A stretch of DNA of 30,404 bases. It comes from a virus (lineage: Duplodnaviria; Caudoviricetes). Location of the stretch: positions 1-30,404 of IMG/VR virus record IMGVR_UViG_3300032250_000035; one strand, given 5' to 3'. Numbering within the stretch: position 1 is the stretch's first letter; every line of letters begins with the position of its first letter. The notes beneath the pieces were generated by a model, which saw nothing but the letters and a program-made list of their open reading frames with translations, did no database searches and was not told the origin of the DNA. Below, in pieces: positions 26,125 to 30,404 of this stretch. Position numbers and translations under genes: made by a program.

Positions 26125-27876
26125 TTATGCCGCGCCGCCGATTGATGCGAGCAATGATGCAATATCTGGTTGACCTTGTGGGGAACCGCCAGCAGCAGGG
26201 GCTGCACCGCCATTTGTATTTACATTTGGCTGCGAGGCAGAGGCGGGAGCCATACCTGCTGCTGGAGGTTGCATACCCATTTCTGGAGATGCAGGCTGTG
26301 GTTCAGGCGCAAACGCCTTTTCCACAACACTTTCAATACTTAATCCCTTTTGGCGACCCTTAATCATTTCAGCAAAAGAAGCCATAATCTTTGTAGGGTC
26401 TTGACCTTGTGCAACCATCTGTGGAATTGCTAGGGCAGTTTGTGATACAGCGGTGCGTAGTGCATCGCGCATTTCTTCGATATCAACTTTCTGTTCTTCC
26501 TGAGTTACGTTGATCTCGATAGGAAGTTCACGACGTACATAGTCGCGTGAAACGAGTTTATCTGAACGCATCTGAAGCAAAGCAACGGTTGCGTTGTTTG
26601 GATTCATACCAGACATAATGCCGTAGCGAACATCTACTGTGTAATCGCCAGCGATTGCCTTAGCAGGGTTGTACTTCATTACATAAGGAGTTCCGTCGTC
26701 AACGCCACGAATTTCTTTTGTGGTGTTTCCGAAAACTTTTTCATCAGTCTTAAAGCAAATAGCAATAAGCTCTACAAACATACGAGCAAAGTGTGCTTGT
26801 GCTGCCTTAATCTGTGTATCAAAACCAGCCTGTAGCGCTTGAACGCCACGACCAGTAACTACCGAAGCATCTGTATTACCCGAACGAGTCTCTGGGTAAC
26901 GAGCACCGGCACGCAATTCGCGCTCTAGTACTTGTGATTCACCAAATACACCCGCTGGAAGTTCTAGCGGAACGCGACGGATACCCTGTGGGTTAGCAGA
27001 ACGCATAATAGAATCTGGTCCAAGAGCAAGTTCCTGCACATCTTGTGGAATAGCAATAGGTGCTTGGATAGATTTCTCAGCGGCTTGGATCTGTAGCACT
27101 GCAAAACGAGCACGAGCTAACTGAACGCCTAGTACATCATCGTATTGACCGCGTGCTTCACCATCAATAGATGGACGCATAGCCACACGGACCATACACT
27201 CACCGATTGGGTTAGCAGTCTTAGAAAGAACTAGATCCTTGCGCTGTGGTAAGTAAATGACATCTTGATCTTTATCGTGGTAACGAACCAAAGATAGGTA
27301 AGGAGAACCTGGTGTATAAGAAGTAACTCCAATAATTTCTTTGTAGAACTCTGGGTACATAGATGCAAGTGTTTGAGCATCCATACCCACGATTTGGGTT
27401 AGCGAGATACAACGACCAAAGCGGTCAATCTCAGGATAAGCACCAAATGGGTTAATCATTTTAATAATTGGGTTGTTGTCCTCGTAATCGAGTTCAACTC
27501 GTCCAATCATCATTCCGTAAGTGTTATACCAGTCAGCGCCGGTATACATCTGTACGCCTAATTCAGATCTGTCAACATAAAAATTAGCAATACGACCACG
27601 AATATCAGCAAACTTACGGGCCGAATCGGAAACCATATTAGATGCCGAACAGTTAAACGATGGAAGTGGTGCCATAGCCTCAGCAAGATCGCGTGCGGAT
27701 ACGTCAATGATGTTAGCCACGAGAGGTTTTGAGTACTCTTCGCTGAACATAGTAGGGAAAACCTTGGAGATATCCCCTTGACGTACCGAAAGGACGTCAC
27801 GCATACGACCATCACGCGCTGCGTATTTGGTCTGTAAGCGATTTACCTTTGCGGCAATCTCTTTGATATTAAGCAT
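26125..27876 (-). CDS. Portal protein
   Basis: 583 aa, downstream of the terminase; VANIID..ARD.AE, RGQYDDV, TGRGVQAL, VDVRYG; Pro/Ala/Gln-rich tail. Confidence 0.85.
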   Translation of the reverse strand: MLNIKEIAAKVNRLQTKYAARDGRMRDVLSVRQGDISKVFPTMFSEEYSKPLVANIIDVSARDLAEAMAPLPSFNCSASNMVSDSARKFADIRGRIANFYVDRSELGVQMYTGADWYNTYGMMIGRVELDYEDNNPIIKMINPFGAYPEIDRFGRCISLTQIVGMDAQTLASMYPEFYKEIIGVTSYTPGSPYLSLVRYHDKDQDVIYLPQRKDLVLSKTANPIGECMVRVAMRPSIDGEARGQYDDVLGVQLARARFAVLQIQAAEKSIQAPIAIPQDVQELALGPDSIMRSANPQGIRRVPLELPAGVFGESQVLERELRAGARYPETRSGNTDASVVTGRGVQALQAGFDTQIKAAQAHFARMFVELIAICFKTDEKVFGNTTKEIRGVDDGTPYVMKYNPAKAIAGDYTVDVRYGIMSGMNPNNATVALLQMRSDKLVSRDYVRRELPIEINVTQEEQKVDIEEMRDALRTAVSQTALAIPQMVAQGQDPTKIMASFAEMIKGRQKGLSIESVVEKAFAPEPQPASPEMGMQPPAAGMAPASASQPNVNTNGGAAPAAGGSPQGQPDIASLLASIGGAA

Positions 27877-27884
27877 TGTAATCC

Positions 27885-28064
27885 TTAGTTAGTAAGACCG
27901 GCGACCTTAGTAGGCCATTCAACCTTGTCGGTTGCTAGCGCTTGTGCTTTTCCAGCTGCATAACGTGCATCTACTACTGGATTTGTTTGAGGTGTTGTTA
28001 CTGCACCCTTATCAATGTAATGCTCTTCTGTTCCTTCAGCCTTGTAGCTTGGTGTTAGTGCCAT
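27885..28064 (-). CDS. Small hypothetical protein (59 aa)
   Basis: MALTPSYKAEGTEEHYIDKG...KVAGLTN*; starts 1 nt after the upstream stop. Confidence 0.65.
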   Translation of the reverse strand: MALTPSYKAEGTEEHYIDKGAVTTPQTNPVVDARYAAGKAQALATDKVEWPTKVAGLTN

Positions 28065-28065
28065 A

Positions 28066-28233
28066 TTACTTACCCTTTTTCTTCTTCAGAATTGCCATAC
28101 CAACTTTAGTTTCACGAGCCTTCTCAGCTTTTGACTCGCCCTTTTTAAGTTCTTTCTTCTTAATTGCTTTTGGTTCTGTCTTTTCGTAGGCTGCGTATGC
28201 TGCCTTCTTTGTAATCTTCTTTGCTTTTTTCAT
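28066..28233 (-). CDS. Small Lys-rich protein (55 aa)
   Basis: AAGGAG RBS; MKKAKKITKKAAYAAYEK...KKKKGK*. Confidence 0.7.
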   Translation of the reverse strand: MKKAKKITKKAAYAAYEKTEPKAIKKKELKKGESKAEKARETKVGMAILKKKKGK

Positions 28234-28243
28234 TGTTATCTCC

Positions 28244-30103
28244 TTAGACGAAGTGTTTATTCTTTTCGAGCAACATCTCATCAATGTTGACCACGATCCT
28301 TTTAGATTGTTCTGCTCTAGTAAGGAAAGGATTTTTAAGGTGGTGCGTTGCATACTGACCGTAGTTGAGCATCTCGCGTGCTCGGATCTCACAGAACCAA
28401 AGAGCCATAACCATATCGGTCTTGCCTTTAGTAGTTGGAGTCCAAGTAATCAACTGCTCAATAAGAGACTTGACGTTCTCGGTCTGATCACTAGGTAGAT
28501 GTATTAAGTTATCTCGATGGTGTTTACCATCGGTCTGCTTAGTACCAAAGAGTGTTGCCATAGATGCCACACCGAAACCGGAATCCCATTTGTTATTACC
28601 GGTGTGGTGTTCACGCAATACCACGCCACGAGTGGCAAGGTGTTGCCTAATACCTTCATCCTGTGTAAGGAAAGCTTGGAAAGCGTTCTTCTCTACAATC
28701 CATTCAGACGGGCTGTAAAGGGAAGTCCAGTTAAATATTAACTCGCGGATCTGCGCCGGAGAGGGACCAGTAATTTTGATAGCATCAACGATGTAACGCT
28801 TATTGGTAGCGCGATCAATAGCGTAACAAATCGCAGCAGTATCGCCAACCATAGCAGGATCAAGACCGCAGATGAAACTAAAGCCACTAAGATCTTTAGG
28901 ATGACCAGGGTAACCTGCTTCAAGACGTCCACTTTTTCTCATTCCATCAATAGAACCGCGTACACATACCGGATCAAAGGCGGCGTTCTCGGATATATCC
29001 TGTTGCTGGTATACCAAAGCCCACGTACTTGAATCCATTGCCTGGCGTTCGTTGTATAAATTGCGACCAGACCAGCGCGGATATAAGCCTTCTTCATCCT
29101 GTTCGGATGTTTCTTGCCCGTCAAAGGGCGCATCTGACTTAGGCCAGAGTGTAATCCACTTGTCGGGATCCTCATTTGCCTCAAGAAGGGCCGGCATCGC
29201 AAGATATGTCCAAGGAACTAGACCGCCCGGATAGCGATCTTCTTGACGGAGTTCGCGGTACAGGTCTACAGATGCAACGCGAGTTCCGATAATAATCAAC
29301 TTGCCAGTAGGGTTAAGACGGGATCTAACGTCCTGCGTTAACCACTTGATCTGGCGTTCAAAGTCATTGGCGTTAGATAAGGTAACGGCGTCGTCTACGA
29401 TAATCATATCGGCACGCTTACCGTAAATCTGACCGCCGATACCGACGGCTTCGATATTAGGGTCTTTTTCGCTAGATTCACGAAGTTCATCACCGAAGGT
29501 AACGCGGGTGGCCTGCCAAGAGGCAGACTTAGAATTAAACCCTACGCCAGCAGCGTAAGCTGATTGGAGGTCCTCATACATCGGATGAGTCAGTCGTTGC
29601 TTGATGGCGTAGAGAAAGTCAGCAGCTAGGCGCTGTGTCTGGGATACAATCAAAACTCGGAAGTTAGGATTGCGGCAAACCTGCCAAGTAACGTAGTCAA
29701 CCGTGATGGTCATAGACTTGGCGTGGTTTGGCGGGATATTTACAAGGATGCGGTTATTAGCCACGCCCTTCTCAAATTTCATACTTGGATGTAGCCAGCC
29801 TGGTTCTCGGCCTTCTATTACATCTACGATATTCTTCTGGTGGTCAAAAGTGCGGCTATGAAGAAAGCGCTGTCTAAATTCCACGAACTCGATATCGTGA
29901 ACGTCTCCACCCTGGAACTGCTTGTCCTTTAGGCCGAGCCGTGTTCGATCAATTTTATCCGCGAATACTTTGTCGGTACGGCGGTAATACTCATAAGTCT
30001 TGCCGGATTTACCAGCAGAGGCGCAAGCCGCGTCTATGGTCATACCTTCTGCTACACAGCCAAGAATAATTCTCTTGGCTATATCTGCTGAATTTTCTGC
30101 CAC
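28244..30103 (-). CDS. terL: Terminase large subunit with N-terminal HTH extension
   Basis: Walker A NIPPNHAKS, Walker B MIIVDD, IIGTR coupling motif, nuclease GLDPA, VEKNAFQ, DMVMALW. Confidence 0.93.
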   Translation of the reverse strand: MAENSADIAKRIILGCVAEGMTIDAACASAGKSGKTYEYYRRTDKVFADKIDRTRLGLKDKQFQGGDVHDIEFVEFRQRFLHSRTFDHQKNIVDVIEGREPGWLHPSMKFEKGVANNRILVNIPPNHAKSMTITVDYVTWQVCRNPNFRVLIVSQTQRLAADFLYAIKQRLTHPMYEDLQSAYAAGVGFNSKSASWQATRVTFGDELRESSEKDPNIEAVGIGGQIYGKRADMIIVDDAVTLSNANDFERQIKWLTQDVRSRLNPTGKLIIIGTRVASVDLYRELRQEDRYPGGLVPWTYLAMPALLEANEDPDKWITLWPKSDAPFDGQETSEQDEEGLYPRWSGRNLYNERQAMDSSTWALVYQQQDISENAAFDPVCVRGSIDGMRKSGRLEAGYPGHPKDLSGFSFICGLDPAMVGDTAAICYAIDRATNKRYIVDAIKITGPSPAQIRELIFNWTSLYSPSEWIVEKNAFQAFLTQDEGIRQHLATRGVVLREHHTGNNKWDSGFGVASMATLFGTKQTDGKHHRDNLIHLPSDQTENVKSLIEQLITWTPTTKGKTDMVMALWFCEIRAREMLNYGQYATHHLKNPFLTRAEQSKRIVVNIDEMLLEKNKHFV

Positions 30104-30404
30104 GTAGTACCCCCTACTAGAGCGCCGTGATGGCGCGAAATGCTTTCATTTTTTATACTAGGTTCGGGTATTTCCTAATACAGGCCAATCTCAATATTTG
30201 AGATCTAATACTAGATATAGCTATTCCATCCAAAAGTACTGTAACGGTATCGGGCTTAACGCCCGAAGGAGCCACAGCGAACTGAGGGGTAATACTCGCT
30301 TCGCCCTAGGGGGCTACGCGAAGGGTTTAACCCCGAAGCGTAACGGGTCGTAAACCGGAACTTCCCCGCTTTACTCCCCTACTATATATAAGGCAGGAAA
30401 TTTA
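30104..30404. other. Non-coding hairpin-rich region upstream of terL (late promoter/leader, packaging site or origin)
   Basis: No ORF; at least five inverted repeats; TATAGT -10-like element on the minus strand near 30381-30386. Confidence 0.5.

Noticed and set aside
7854-29234. Numerous 60-130 aa plus-strand and alternate-frame ORFs in the track
   Set aside because: They are shadows of long minus-strand genes, with no RBS or recognisable motifs.
1-30404. tRNA genes, DGR or retron, intein or intron, stop-codon recoding
   Set aside because: No cloverleaf, reverse transcriptase or intein motifs were seen, and genes are intact in the standard code with all three stop codons used. A tRNAscan/Infernal run would be needed to exclude RNAs fully.

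Overview
Nearly the whole window is one tailed-phage genome segment, almost all coded on the minus strand. It looks podovirus-like: no major tail tube or tape-measure gene is evident, and there is a block of large ejection-type proteins. The phage-encoded WhiB and moderate GC suggest an Actinobacterial host, plausibly a freshwater low-GC lineage (inference). The late region runs right to left: a hairpin-rich non-coding end, terminase large subunit with an N-terminal HTH, portal, putative internal virion proteins, scaffold, major capsid, a PASTA-fused protein, small basic proteins, tail adaptor, fibre, beta-propeller receptor-binding protein, nozzle and a lysis cassette closed by a strong terminator. 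A two-gene plus-strand island (Zn-finger and HNH, then a structured 3' spacer) follows. The early/replication operon is a leaderless proteasome-beta/HslV-like protease, Cas4-like nuclease, WhiB, DnaB-like helicase, resolvase, split primase, Nmad1/DUF1599 protein and a sigma-factor-like gene cut by the window edge. The most notable signals are: a pseudoknotted RNA leader whose loop pairs with the scaffold start codon; a GACAC inverted repeat in the divergent promoter of the leaderless protease; a structured spacer after the HNH; a hairpin motif shared by the two main non-coding regions; and a PASTA domain on a gene next to the capsid. All calls come from motif recognition by eye; no searches were run.
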